A stretch of DNA of 64,000 nucleotides from Myxococcales bacterium 68-20. GTDB lineage: Bacteria > Myxococcota_A > Polyangia > Polyangiales > Polyangiaceae. The stretch covers positions 15,208-79,207 of the forward strand of contig MKVQ01000029.1 of the NCBI GenBank assembly GCA_001899635.1. Reading direction: 5' to 3'. Below, one piece after another: positions 47,115 through 57,064 of this stretch. The position numbers were made by a program, and so were the translations under genes. Numbering within the stretch: position 1 is the stretch's first letter; every line of letters starts with the position of its first letter. The notes beneath the pieces are model-generated. The model was not told where the DNA came from. It did no database searches and saw nothing but the letters and a program-made list of their open reading frames with translations.

Positions 47115-48452
47115 ATGCAGAGCGACAGTCTGGGCAATCCCTTGACGGTGACCGAGAGCGCAAGCGTGCGCGCCGTCGACGACTTCGTGATGGGCTTCAT
47201 CTCGTGCGAGGCGCGCGCGGTGAACGTGCTGTCGGCGGCCGGCGACCCGAGCCCCATCGTGCAGGCGTACTGCGCGGCGCTGCACATGTTCGCCGAGTCG
47301 CACGACGCGGCTTCGAACGCGCGACCGTTCATCGAGCGCGCGCAGGCCGAGGCCGCGCGCGCCACCTCGCGCGAGCAACGCTTCATCGCCGCGATCGCGG
47401 CTTGGGTGGACGGTGACATCGCGCGCGCCATCGCGCTCCACCACGAACAGGCGCGCGAGCACCCGCGCGATCTCGCCTCACTGAAGCTCGGTCAATACCA
47501 CTGCTTCAATGCCGGCGACTGTCCAGGCATGCTCCGGCTCGCGCTGGCGGCGCTGCCGGCGGCGAGTGACGTGCCCTACCTGCACGGCATGGCGGCGTTC
47601 GGCTACGAACAATGCCACCTGATGCGCGAGGCCGAGACGAGCGCACGTCATGCGGTCGCGATGTGTCGCAAGGAGCCTTGGGCTCATCACGCGCTGGGCC
47701 ATGTGATGCTGACCGAAGGGCGCCTCTCCGAAGGCCTGGCCTTCATGCAGGACGTGAGCGACACGTGGACCGAGCTCAACTCGTTCATGGTCACGCACAA
47801 CTGGTGGCACGTCGCGTTGTTCTTGATCGAGCTGGGCCGCGATGCAGAAGCCCTCGCGCTGTACGACGAGCAGGTCTGGGGCGTGGTCAAGGAGTACTCG
47901 CAGGACCAGATCGGCGCCGTCTCGCTGCTGGCGCGCTTCGAGCTGGCGGGCATCGACGTCGGCGACCGCTGGCAGGACGTGGCCAATCACCTCGTCCACC
48001 GGCTCGGCGATCACGTGCTGCCGTTCCTGGACCTCCAGTACCTCTACGGCCTCGCACGCGCCGGGCGTCCGGAGGCCGAGACGCTGCTCCGTAACATCGA
48101 GGCGTTCGCCGAGCGAGCGCCTGCGTCTGCACGCTCGGCCTGGCAACGCGTGGCGGTACCTGCCGCGCGCGGCGTGCTCGCCCATGCCCGAGGCGCCTTC
48201 ACGACCGCCATCGAGGGGCTGGGCCTCGCGCTGCCGCGCTTGATCGAGATCGGCGGCAGTCACGCCCAGCGCGATCTCTTCGATCAGATCCATCTCGATG
48301 CCCTGATCCGCAAGGGGACCGCGACCTCGCTCGCCGGCGCGCAAGGGCTGCTCCAGCGCCAGCTCAACGGGCAACCGGAGTCGCGGAGGCAAAGGCGGCA
48401 GACGAACGCGGTCTACGCGGCGCTCGGTCTCCCGGAGACGCGCGGCGATTGA
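47115..48452 (+). CDS. TTC38-family tetratricopeptide repeat protein
   Basis: CFNAGDCPGMLRLA..PYLHGMAAFGYEQCHLMREAE..EPWAHHALGHVMLTEGR..NWWHVALFLIELG. Confidence 0.75.
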   Translation: MQSDSLGNPLTVTESASVRAVDDFVMGFISCEARAVNVLSAAGDPSPIVQAYCAALHMFAESHDAASNARPFIERAQAEAARATSREQRFIAAIAAWVDGDIARAIALHHEQAREHPRDLASLKLGQYHCFNAGDCPGMLRLALAALPAASDVPYLHGMAAFGYEQCHLMREAETSARHAVAMCRKEPWAHHALGHVMLTEGRLSEGLAFMQDVSDTWTELNSFMVTHNWWHVALFLIELGRDAEALALYDEQVWGVVKEYSQDQIGAVSLLARFELAGIDVGDRWQDVANHLVHRLGDHVLPFLDLQYLYGLARAGRPEAETLLRNIEAFAERAPASARSAWQRVAVPAARGVLAHARGAFTTAIEGLGLALPRLIEIGGSHAQRDLFDQIHLDALIRKGTATSLAGAQGLLQRQLNGQPESRRQRRQTNAVYAALGLPETRGD

Positions 48453-48512
48453 CGTGACCGCGAACGGCGCCCACGTCATCGCGCGGGCGCCGTCGTCAGG
48501 CCATCAGCATCC

Positions 48513-49727
48513 TCAGGGAAGCAGGCCCGGAACGCGCGCGGCAGGCGCCCAGCCGGGCCGGCGCAGCGCGTCGCTCGCCCAGCTCGCGGCAAACGCATCG
48601 CGTACGACGAGCTCGGCGAGCTTGCCTCGTGGAGAGAAGCCCCAGCCCGCCTCCTGCGAGACATCGTCCGGATCGGCGTAGAGGCGCCAGACGAAGAAGC
48701 CCATGAAGAGCGGCTCGTCGAGGAGCGGCGCGACGAGCGCCCGGTATGCATCTGCCTGGGCGGGCTCGTCGATGCGCACGTTCTTCATCCCATCCGGCCA
48801 CTCCCACGGGCGGATCGCCGGGTCCGGCCGCGTGGTGTAGCCGATCTCGGTGAAGAGCACGGGCTTCTGCCATACCTCTGCGAGCGCGTGGACGCGCTCG
48901 CGCACGCGCTCGCCACCCTCGAGAAGCACATCGAACGGCGCGCCGTCCTTGTCGGCGAGCGGATAGAAGGCGTTGATGCCGATGACGTCGAGCTCGCCGA
49001 GGACGAGGGTGTCGTCGACGTCGTCCCAGTTCGCGGAGTAGGTGATCGGCCCGTGATAGATGCCGCGGAGCTGGCGAACGAGCGCGATGAAGCTCGGCGC
49101 CCGTGACGTCGTCACCCAGGAGCGAAGCTCCACGCCTGCAGAGAAGAGGTCGACCCGGGTCTGCTCGGCGACCTCCGCCCATCCGCGGACGAACGCGCCG
49201 TAGCTCTTCGCCCAAACGTCCCAGCCTTCGTCCGAGCCGGGATCGATCTCCGCGCGCCACGCGCCGGACTCGACCCAGAGGTGCGGGACGAGCATGACGG
49301 AGAGGCCGCGCGCGTGGGCCATGTCGACGGCGCGCCGGACGTCCTCGCGGTTCGTCGCAAACGGGCGTTCGAAGGTTGGGTCGACACCGCGACCGGAGAG
49401 GTCGAACACGCGGCCGAACGGCGTGATCGCGACCCAGCGTGCGCCCATCTTCACGCATTCGTCGAGCGTGCGCGCGTAGGCAGCGCTGCCGTAGCCGATG
49501 CCCGGGTGATAACCGTTCTCGATCGGGCCGATGGTGATCCCCCGGACCCCGTCCTGTCCGGCGGCGCGCCAGCCGTCGGCACCGGGCAGCGGAAACACCG
49601 GAGCGGCACGCGTGGGCTTCTCGGGCTTTCCCATTCCCGCGAGCGGAAAGAGCACGCCCGCGATCGCGACCACGGCAGCGAGGAGCCCGCGCTTCACGCC
49701 CCGCCCTCCATACGGCGGCGCGCTCAC
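48513..49727 (-). CDS. membrane-anchored TIM-barrel glycoside hydrolase-like protein (clan GH-A-like)
   Basis: The N-terminal anchor is GLLAAVVAIAGVLFPLAG. Motifs include ..VMLVPHLW.., FSAGVELRS and PVLFTEIGY (a nucleophile-type TEIG motif). The GTG start overlaps the upstream stop (GTGA at 49724-49727). Confidence 0.6.
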   Translation of the reverse strand: MSAPPYGGRGVKRGLLAAVVAIAGVLFPLAGMGKPEKPTRAAPVFPLPGADGWRAAGQDGVRGITIGPIENGYHPGIGYGSAAYARTLDECVKMGARWVAITPFGRVFDLSGRGVDPTFERPFATNREDVRRAVDMAHARGLSVMLVPHLWVESGAWRAEIDPGSDEGWDVWAKSYGAFVRGWAEVAEQTRVDLFSAGVELRSWVTTSRAPSFIALVRQLRGIYHGPITYSANWDDVDDTLVLGELDVIGINAFYPLADKDGAPFDVLLEGGERVRERVHALAEVWQKPVLFTEIGYTTRPDPAIRPWEWPDGMKNVRIDEPAQADAYRALVAPLLDEPLFMGFFVWRLYADPDDVSQEAGWGFSPRGKLAELVVRDAFAASWASDALRRPGWAPAARVPGLLP

Positions 49728-50953
49728 AGGTCGATCCCGGCACCGAGGCCGATGCCGAAGCGCATCCAGACGCCACTCGCGTCGCGAGGCGCCGCGCGCG
49801 TTCCGTCGAAGGCCGGTTGAACTTGCCAGGTGAGGGGGAAGGCAGAGATGCGCACGTTCTTCGTGAGCGCATAGTCGATCTGCGCGCCGAACAGGAGCGC
49901 GGGACGAAGACCGGGCGAAGGAGTACAGCTCGGGACGAACAGATCACCGCCGACGTGCTCGACGAAGTAGCCCGCGAGGCCGACGCCGCCGATCCCCACG
50001 AGACGCACCCTGGAGGCGACGTCGAACGACGCCGTACCGATGCCGTAGACGGACAGCGCCGTCGCGCTCCCTGGATCGCGGAGCGGCGCGCAGTTCGGTG
50101 CTTCGTTCGGCAGACCGGTGCGGTTCGCCCACGAGTCGCCCGAGAGCGAGAGCAGACCACCAGCAGCGAGCGAAGCGCGGCCGAGCTCCTTCAACCGGTA
50201 CGTGCCGAGCACGAGCAGGCCGGCGCCGGCGTTTCCTCCGATCGTTCCGTACCGCGGCAGGATCACGTTGAGCGCGCCGCGGATCGCGATCGGACCGACT
50301 TCGGGCTCCTCGTACGGATTGGCGGGCGGCGGAGGGCGCCCATCGCTGCCCAGCACGGCGTCGACGATCACCGCTCGGCCGTATCGGGCCTCGACCTGGC
50401 GCGTGTGGGGCGTGACCGTCCCCGAGCTCACGGTCACCGTGTGCGTACCGGGCGCGATCGTGATCGAGATCGGCGTGCGGCCCGGGGCGGCCGTTCCATC
50501 GACCCAGACCTGGGCCCCGCTCGGGGTGGACGAGACGGTGAGCGTGCTCGGCCGCTTCTTCAGTGCCTCGAGCTGCTGCGTGGCCTCGTCGCGATCCTCC
50601 TTCGGGAGGTTCGGGAGCGACAGGTAGCGCTCGAGGTTTGCCGCGGCCTGCTCCGGCTGATCGAGCCGAAGGTGACACTTGGCGACGTTCCACAGCTCGA
50701 ACGCGGGACCTCCGAGACGATAGGCCTCCTCGAAGTACCGGATCGCGTCGTTGTACCGGCCTTCGCCGTAGGCTCTCGCGCCCTCCCGATCGAGCGCCCG
50801 CGCGCGCGAGAGATCGTCCTTGCCTTGCCCCTGCGGCTGAGCCGTGACGGAGCCTGCGAAGAGCGCGATCGCCAGGGCGACGAAGATCGAGGATGCGGTC
50901 GGACGCACGAGCGGCACGATGTTACCCCGGTGCGGCTCGACGCGATGAATCAT
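49724..50953 (-). CDS. secreted TPR plus PEGA domain protein with C-terminal beta-barrel-like region
   Basis: The signal peptide is SSIFVALAIALFAGSVTA/QP. The TPR segment is GRYNDAIRYFEEAY..WNVAKCHLRLDQPEQA. The PEGA segment is LTVSSTPSGAQVWVDGTAAPGRTPISITIAPGTHTVTV. The last ~190 aa have alternating strands ending GIGLGAGIDL. Confidence 0.7.
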   Translation of the reverse strand: MIHRVEPHRGNIVPLVRPTASSIFVALAIALFAGSVTAQPQGQGKDDLSRARALDREGARAYGEGRYNDAIRYFEEAYRLGGPAFELWNVAKCHLRLDQPEQAAANLERYLSLPNLPKEDRDEATQQLEALKKRPSTLTVSSTPSGAQVWVDGTAAPGRTPISITIAPGTHTVTVSSGTVTPHTRQVEARYGRAVIVDAVLGSDGRPPPPANPYEEPEVGPIAIRGALNVILPRYGTIGGNAGAGLLVLGTYRLKELGRASLAAGGLLSLSGDSWANRTGLPNEAPNCAPLRDPGSATALSVYGIGTASFDVASRVRLVGIGGVGLAGYFVEHVGGDLFVPSCTPSPGLRPALLFGAQIDYALTKNVRISAFPLTWQVQPAFDGTRAAPRDASGVWMRFGIGLGAGIDL

Positions 50954-50963
50954 CGACTGTGCG

Positions 50964-52139
50964 TCAACCGGCGAGGAGCACGAGCTTCGTGATCTCCGGC
51001 GCGGCGGCCACGCGGGCGGGCGGTCCGGTGACGCCGAAGCCGCGGTTCACGTAGAGGATCGAGCCCGCGCGGTCGTAACGACCGGCGACGAAGTCCATCA
51101 CCGCCGCCGCGGGGCGAAACCCCGGGTTGATCTGGCCGCCGTGGGTGTGCCCGCTGAGCTGGAGCGCGACCCGTCCCTGCGACTCGTTGAAGAAGGGTGG
51201 CTGGTGAGCGAGCAGGACGCGGGGGATGTCCGGCGGAAGCCCCGCGAGCGCGCGACCGAGGTCCGGACCGGGATGACCCGGCGATCGAGCCTTCCGGCCA
51301 TGCAGATCGTCGACGCCGAGAAGCGCGAAGCCGCCGCCGTCGCCACGCCGGATGTGCACGCCTTCGTTGTGGAGGAGGCCCACCTTCGCTCGGCGGATCC
51401 GCTCGGCCACCTTCGCGGCGCCGGCGTAGTGATCGTGGTTGCCGAGGACCACGTACGCCCCGTCGCGCGCGCCGGCGCCGAGAAGACGCGCGTTCAGGAG
51501 GTCGATGAAGGCAGCGTCGTTGTCGACGAGATCGCCGGTCGCGACCACGAGATCGGGCCTCGCGCGTCGCACGAGCTCGAAGCCTTCGTCGAGCTCGCGA
51601 TCCCTCACGAACGCGCCGACGTGGACGTCCGAGACCTGCGCGATGACGTAACCGTCGAGCGCACGCGGCCAGCCCGGCACCTTGATCGGCACCTCCTCGA
51701 TCGTGAAGGAGTGCCGGCCGCGGACCATGCCCCAGCCGAGCGCCCCGGTCGTCGTGCACGCGATCGTCACGCCGGCGGCGCGCTCGATCGCCTCACGACG
51801 ACCGACACGCGCTTCCGCCGCGACCGTGTCGGCGGGCGGCTTCACTGCGTCGAACGCGCGAGCGATCGCCCGAGAGGCGAGCAGCGACAGCCCGAGAGGC
51901 GCGAGCGACATCACGATGATCGCAAGCTCGACCATCGCGATGGCGAGAATGTCGTGGAAGAACGGCGTGTGGAACCACCGGCTGAGGAGGCGCAGCGTCG
52001 CGAGGATCAGCGACAGTGCCGCCGCGATCCTGAAGACGAGACGCCGACGCTCACGCGCCCATGGGGAGACGGCGAGCAACCAGCGCGCCGCGAGGAAGTG
52101 GGCGCCGCCACTGACGAGGAGGAACACGAGGACGCGCAA
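50964..52139 (-). CDS. membrane-associated metallophosphoesterase (YkuE/calcineurin-like)
   Basis: Four N-terminal TM helices are followed by IAQVSDVHVG, VATGDLVDN, VLGNHDHY and LSGHTHGGQ. Confidence 0.9.
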   Translation of the reverse strand: MRVLVFLLVSGGAHFLAARWLLAVSPWARERRRLVFRIAAALSLILATLRLLSRWFHTPFFHDILAIAMVELAIIVMSLAPLGLSLLASRAIARAFDAVKPPADTVAAEARVGRREAIERAAGVTIACTTTGALGWGMVRGRHSFTIEEVPIKVPGWPRALDGYVIAQVSDVHVGAFVRDRELDEGFELVRRARPDLVVATGDLVDNDAAFIDLLNARLLGAGARDGAYVVLGNHDHYAGAAKVAERIRRAKVGLLHNEGVHIRRGDGGGFALLGVDDLHGRKARSPGHPGPDLGRALAGLPPDIPRVLLAHQPPFFNESQGRVALQLSGHTHGGQINPGFRPAAAVMDFVAGRYDRAGSILYVNRGFGVTGPPARVAAAPEITKLVLLAG

Positions 52140-52202
52140 CGGCCCACCAGCATAGCGAGCCCCGCGCAGGCCGCGAGTCGCCTGCGCGCGCGGTGAACGA
52201 GC

Positions 52203-53120
52203 TCAGCCGCGCGGGCGGATGCCGCTGACCACGCGCTCGATCTTGCCGTAGTCGCGTTCGACGGCGATATCGACGTAGCCGCGCGCCTCGAAGAGCGCGC
52301 GCGTGTCGGGAGCTTCGCCAGCGCCGATCTCGATCGCGAGCACGCCGCCGTCGTCGAGGAACGCCGGAGCCGCGTCGACGATCTTCCGAACGAAGTCGAG
52401 ACCGTCCGCGCCGCCGTCGAGCGCCCCGCGTGGCTCGTACTCGCGGATGTCGGCCGCCAGTTCTTCGATCTCGGCGGTCGCGATGTAGGGCGGGTTCGCG
52501 GTGATGACGTCGAAGCGCGATCCCGCTGGGATGTTCGCGAACAGATCGCTCTCGACGAAGGCCACGTTGTACGCGCCGAGGCGGTAGGCGTTCTCGCGCG
52601 CGACGGCGAGCGCGTCGGGGCTCACGTCCGAGGCGAGCACCTTCGCCGTCGGACGTTGCCGCGCCAGCGTGATCGCCACGCAGCCGCTCCCGGTACAGAG
52701 ATCGAGCAGCCGCATCGAGAGCGAGACGTGCGCGGTCCGCGCGAGCGCGACGTCGACGAGCGTCTCGGTGTCCGGCCGCGGGATGAGCACGCGCGAGTCG
52801 ACGCGGAAAGGCCGGCCGTAGAACTCGCGCTCACCACGCAGATAGGCGATCGGCTCGCGCGAACGGCGGCGTTTGACGAGATCGCGCAGGAGCGCGAGCT
52901 CCGCGGGCTCGAGGGGGCGCAGCGACTCGATGATGACGCGCGTGCGATCGATCCCGAGCGCGAACGCGACCAACACCTCCGCGTCGAGACGCGGGTTCTC
53001 GATCCCACGCGCGCGGAAGTCGTCGGTCGCCCACTTCACGAGCGAGCCGATCGTCCAGGTCTTCTGTGGCTCAGCTTGCAAGCTTCGCGCGCTCCTCGGC
53101 GACCACAGCTTCGACCTCAC
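52203..53120 (-). CDS. prmC: release-factor glutamine N5-methyltransferase PrmC (HemK)
   Basis: LDLCTGSGCVAI and VITANPPYI. The start is uncertain: ATG 53120 would overlap the upstream gene by 50 bp, and TTG 53081 or GTG 53039 are alternatives. Confidence 0.85.
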   Translation of the reverse strand: MRSKLWSPRSARSLQAEPQKTWTIGSLVKWATDDFRARGIENPRLDAEVLVAFALGIDRTRVIIESLRPLEPAELALLRDLVKRRRSREPIAYLRGEREFYGRPFRVDSRVLIPRPDTETLVDVALARTAHVSLSMRLLDLCTGSGCVAITLARQRPTAKVLASDVSPDALAVARENAYRLGAYNVAFVESDLFANIPAGSRFDVITANPPYIATAEIEELAADIREYEPRGALDGGADGLDFVRKIVDAAPAFLDDGGVLAIEIGAGEAPDTRALFEARGYVDIAVERDYGKIERVVSGIRPRG

Positions 53121-54486
53121 GACGGATCGCGTCGAGCTCCTCCGAGCTCCCGGCCTCGAAGCGCATCACGAGCACCGGACCGGTGTTCGACGCCCGGACG
53201 AGGCCCCACTTGGGCGGACCTCCCTCTTCATTGCCGAACGAGATGCGCGCGCCGTCGATGTCGAGCACGCGGTTGCCTGCTGCCTTGAAGTGCTTCGTCA
53301 CCGCGGCGACGACCTGGAACTTCAGCGCGTCCGGGCAGTCCACCCGGAGCTCGGGCGTGGTGAAGGTCTTCGGCACGTCCGCGAGCATCGCGCTCAGCGG
53401 CCGCGGATCGTTCGCGAGGATCTCGAGGAGGCGAAGCGATGCATAGATCGCGTCGTCGTAGCCGAAGTAGCGATCGGCGAAGAAGAGGTGACCGCTCATC
53501 TCACCCGCGAGCAGCGCCCCGGTCTCCTTCATCTTCGTCTTGATGAGGGAGTGACCGGTCTTCCAGACGACGGGGTTGCCACCGTGCTTCGCGATGTCGT
53601 CGTAGAGCGTCTGCGAGCACTTCACCTCCGCGAGGATCGTCGCGCCCGCCCGCTCCTTCAGCAGCGCGCGCGAAAAGAGGATCATCAGCTTGTCGCCCCA
53701 CACGACGTCGCCGTTCTCGTCGACCGCGCCGAGCCGATCGGCATCGCCGTCGTAGGCGAGCCCGACGCGCGCCTTCGTCGACTTCACGCGGTCGACGAGG
53801 GCGGCGATGTTCTCGAGCACCGTCGGATCCGGGTGGTGATTCGGGAAGCGACCATCCATCTCGCAGAAGAGAGGGTCGGGCTCGAGGCCGAGGGCCTTCA
53901 TCGTCTTCATCGCCAGCGGTCCGCCGGCACCGTTGCCGGCGTCGACGACGAACGAGAGGCCCGCCGCCTTGGAGAAGTCGAAGCGCGTCTTCAGCTCCGC
54001 GACGTACGCGTCCTGCACATCCTGCTGCTCGACCTGCCCGTCCTTCAGAGGTCCGAGCTCGCCCTTCTCGATCCGGCTCTTCAGCGTCTGGATGTCGGGG
54101 CCGAAGAAGCTGGCCTTTCCGCGCATCATCTTGAAGCCGTTCTCGTCGCCGGGGTTGTGGCTCCCGGTGATCATCACGGCGCCATCGGTACCGAGGTGGT
54201 GCGCCGCGAAATAGAGCATCGGCGTGGGCCCCTCGCCGACGTCGATGACGTGCGCCCCGGCCTCGACGAGCCCCTTCACCAGCGCGGCGAAGAGCCGAGG
54301 CGAAGAGAGGCGGCAGTCACGGCCGACCGCGACGCGGAGCATGCCGCTGCCCTCGGCGCGCTGCTCCGTGAGCATTGCGCCGAAGCCGCGGCCGATGCCA
54401 TGCGCGATGGCATCGCTCAGATCGCGGTCGGCGACCCCTCGGATGTCGTACTCGCGGAAGATATGACCGGGGACTGCAGCGCTCAT
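53071..54486 (-). CDS. phosphomannomutase/phosphoglucomutase (alpha-D-phosphohexomutase family)
   Basis: IFREYDIRG, the phosphoserine loop ITGSHNPGDENGFK, GLAYDGDADR and GEMSGH. The start is placed at ATG 54486. Confidence 0.9.
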   Translation of the reverse strand: MSAAVPGHIFREYDIRGVADRDLSDAIAHGIGRGFGAMLTEQRAEGSGMLRVAVGRDCRLSSPRLFAALVKGLVEAGAHVIDVGEGPTPMLYFAAHHLGTDGAVMITGSHNPGDENGFKMMRGKASFFGPDIQTLKSRIEKGELGPLKDGQVEQQDVQDAYVAELKTRFDFSKAAGLSFVVDAGNGAGGPLAMKTMKALGLEPDPLFCEMDGRFPNHHPDPTVLENIAALVDRVKSTKARVGLAYDGDADRLGAVDENGDVVWGDKLMILFSRALLKERAGATILAEVKCSQTLYDDIAKHGGNPVVWKTGHSLIKTKMKETGALLAGEMSGHLFFADRYFGYDDAIYASLRLLEILANDPRPLSAMLADVPKTFTTPELRVDCPDALKFQVVAAVTKHFKAAGNRVLDIDGARISFGNEEGGPPKWGLVRASNTGPVLVMRFEAGSSEELDAIRREVEAVVAEERAKLAS

Positions 54487-54572
54487 CCGGGCCACAAAAC
54501 CGCTTTTGTCGCGGCGCCGCAAGGCCAACGGGGCCGTGACAGGCCCCGCCCCCACAAGCTAAGGTCCCCGCG

Positions 54573-55178
54573 TTGGACGCCCCCGACGCCCTGCCCCCTT
54601 CGCCGCAAGAAGCGCCGTATGTCTACGCGGCAACGGACCTCCGTCCGCGGCAGACCCGCGAAATCGAGCTTTGTGAGAAGGCGTCGCATTTCGACTGGCA
54701 ATACGCCGGGGCGTTCGCGGTCGGCTTCGGGGCGAGCATCTACCTCAACATCGACAAACTGAAGCACACGACCGAGCCGGGGCTCCGGCTGCTCGGTCCC
54801 GGCCTCATCGGCTTCACCTGGGGCGGCTTCCTCAGCGGCGGCTACCTCTCCCTTCCGAAGTGCGACCCGATGTGGGCCTACGGCCCGCCGCCGGAGGGCA
54901 ACGTCCGCGCGCAGTGGCCGCTCGCGACCGCGATCGCGATCGTCTCCGGCGTCACCGCGCCGATCATGGACTACGCGTTCCTCGGGCCGGTGAAGATCGA
55001 CTGGCCCGTCACGGAGCGGAGCGCGCGCGTCTTCATCGCCGCGGGGGCCGGCGTCCTCGGATCCCTCTTCCCTTACCTCCTTCCCCCGCGGACATGGGCG
55101 GCGGCGAAGGAGATCGAGCGCATGCGCGTCGAGGGAATGCCCGGCGGCGCGCAGCTCTCCTACTGGCGCGCGTTCTGA
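54573..55178 (+). CDS. hypothetical integral membrane protein (about 4 TM)
   Basis: The start is TTG. Hydrophobic helices are AGAFAVGFGASIYL, LLGPGLIGFTWGGFLSGGYL, LATAIAIVSGVTAPIM and VFIAAGAGVLGSLFPYLL. I recognise no family. Confidence 0.45.
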   Translation: MDAPDALPPSPQEAPYVYAATDLRPRQTREIELCEKASHFDWQYAGAFAVGFGASIYLNIDKLKHTTEPGLRLLGPGLIGFTWGGFLSGGYLSLPKCDPMWAYGPPPEGNVRAQWPLATAIAIVSGVTAPIMDYAFLGPVKIDWPVTERSARVFIAAGAGVLGSLFPYLLPPRTWAAAKEIERMRVEGMPGGAQLSYWRAF

Positions 55179-55384
55179 GCGGACGCCAACATCGGCACGT
55201 GCGGCGCCAACGACGCCGCGAGGCGTCGGCCTCCTCGACCAGGACTTGCTCCTCCTAGCTCGAGTCGAGCGCGAGACCACTCCCGCCTCTCGCGCACACC
55301 AGGCTCCTCGCACAGCGCGGCCCGCCGGTTTCGCATTGCGAGCGAGCGACGCGGGGCCTTAAGCTCGACCATCGAGGTGATCCG

Positions 55385-56986
55385 ATGAAGAGCGACGCTC
55401 GGCCGCCCGCACCGACAGACTCCCGCGGGGCCGCGCCGCCCACGAGGCGTAACGGCGGGGTCCTCCGAACGCCCGCGGCGCTCGCCCTGGCCTCGCTCTT
55501 CTTCGGAGCCTGCAGCGCGGAGAACGGCGATCCGCCCCCGTTCGCCACTGGCTCCGAGTTCGACGAGCCCAGGCCGCTGGAGCTGCGCCCCGACGCCGTG
55601 AAGGCCGACCAACACTTCAGCGACACCGCGACCGTCGAGGATGGGAAGGTCACGGTCCCCGTGGGCGCGGCCGATCCGACGGGCTCGAACGAGGCAGTCC
55701 TCGCAAAGCTGAAGGTCGGCACGGTCCTCGCCGGCAACCGCGACACCGCGTCCGCGGTGCTCGCGAGCTCGAAGAACGCGTACGGCTTCTTGCGGCGCGT
55801 GCTCGAGATCGAGCGCCGCGCCGACGAGGTCGTGATCCACACGCAGCAGGCGTACCTCGACGAGCTCTTCAGCGAGGGCGATCTGGTCTGGGACGCCGAG
55901 CATCCGAGGGGATCCATCTTCGACGAGACAGGCGGGGGCCTCATCAAGCAATCGCTAAAGCCGCTCGCGAACAACGGAGCGGGCTCGAACAGCGGGTCCG
56001 GCCAAGTCGCGGCGAACGCCGAGATCGAGGACACCGCGAGCGACAAGAGCGTGAAGTTTCGGCCCAAGGTCTCGCTGAGCAACGCCAGGGTCGGCATGGA
56101 TGCCAAGTTCACCGGCGAGCTCAAGATCCGAAAGGTCATCGGCATCCCCTTGGGCGTGAAGCGCGCGTCGGCGCGACTCGATCTCGATCCCGTCGTCAGC
56201 GCCGATCTCACGTACGGCGTGAAGGTGCAGTCGACGAGCAGCGCGTTGGGCGGCGCGCTCCACGGGAAGTGGGAGAGCCCGAGCCTGCCGATCCCGATCG
56301 GCGGCCCGATCCCGCTGACGGTGCGCCTGCGCGCGGAGGTCACCTGCTCGGTGATGGCGGCGGGCACGATCACGGCGACGTCGCGAGTGTCCTTGCGCGG
56401 CCACACTGCCGCCGGCTTCAAGTACGACGGCGGCTTCGACATCGATCCGATCTACGAGCCCCCCACGCTCGAAGCCGCCCACGATTTCCTCGGCGTCACG
56501 GGGAAGGCGAGCCTGATCGGCGAGTGCGCCGTCCAAGGAGTCGTGTCGTTGCTCGCCTTCGATGCCGTCGGGCTCGAGGGAGCCGTCGGTCCCTTCGCGG
56601 CGCTCCACGCGGACGCCTGCGTGACGGGCAGCGCGGCGTCCGGCGTGAGCGGAGGCTTCACCCTCTGGGAGCAGCACGGACTGCGCGTGGACGTGGACGG
56701 CAGGCTTCAGGTCCCCGGTCTCGGGAGCCCCTCGGTCACGAAGGACCTCTTCGGCTTCAAGCCGCTGAAGAGCGACCCGAAGTACTTCGTCGGCAGCAAG
56801 GAGACCTGCAAGCTGCCGTCGAAGGACTCGTGCGTCGACAAGCCGAACGGCCTCTATTGCAGCGAGCTCGCGACCTATAGCGCCTACCAGTGCGAGAGCG
56901 GGCAGATCGTCTCCGGACAGCAGTGCGCGCCGGGCAAGACGTGCAGCGGCCCGAACGGAAGCGGGACGAAGATCCAGTGCAAGTGA
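55385..56986 (+). CDS. hypothetical lipoprotein with beta-rich core and C-terminal 8-Cys module
   Basis: The lipobox is LALASLFFGAC. The C-terminus reads CKLPSKDSCVDKPNGLYCSELATYSAYQCESGQIVSGQQCAPGKTCSGPNGSGTKIQCK. Confidence 0.6.
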   Translation: MKSDARPPAPTDSRGAAPPTRRNGGVLRTPAALALASLFFGACSAENGDPPPFATGSEFDEPRPLELRPDAVKADQHFSDTATVEDGKVTVPVGAADPTGSNEAVLAKLKVGTVLAGNRDTASAVLASSKNAYGFLRRVLEIERRADEVVIHTQQAYLDELFSEGDLVWDAEHPRGSIFDETGGGLIKQSLKPLANNGAGSNSGSGQVAANAEIEDTASDKSVKFRPKVSLSNARVGMDAKFTGELKIRKVIGIPLGVKRASARLDLDPVVSADLTYGVKVQSTSSALGGALHGKWESPSLPIPIGGPIPLTVRLRAEVTCSVMAAGTITATSRVSLRGHTAAGFKYDGGFDIDPIYEPPTLEAAHDFLGVTGKASLIGECAVQGVVSLLAFDAVGLEGAVGPFAALHADACVTGSAASGVSGGFTLWEQHGLRVDVDGRLQVPGLGSPSVTKDLFGFKPLKSDPKYFVGSKETCKLPSKDSCVDKPNGLYCSELATYSAYQCESGQIVSGQQCAPGKTCSGPNGSGTKIQCK

Positions 56987-57000
56987 TGCGGTAGGCCGAC

Positions 57001-57049
57001 CGAACGAAGAAGCCCCCGCGCCTCTTGCGAGGAGCGAGGGCTTCGTTCG
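57001..57049. terminator. hairpin between convergent lipoprotein and metalloprotease genes
   Basis: cgaacgaagaagccc (57001-57015) pairs with gggcttcgttcg (57038-57049), giving 12 bp with one bulged A. An inner cctc/gagg sub-stem is present. Confidence 0.45.
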
Positions 57050-57064
57050 AGCGAGGTCGTTCGA

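Noticed and set aside
47808-47823. TGGCAC-N5-GTTG sigma54-like string
   Set aside because: It lies inside the TTC38-like coding sequence and the -12 element is poor.
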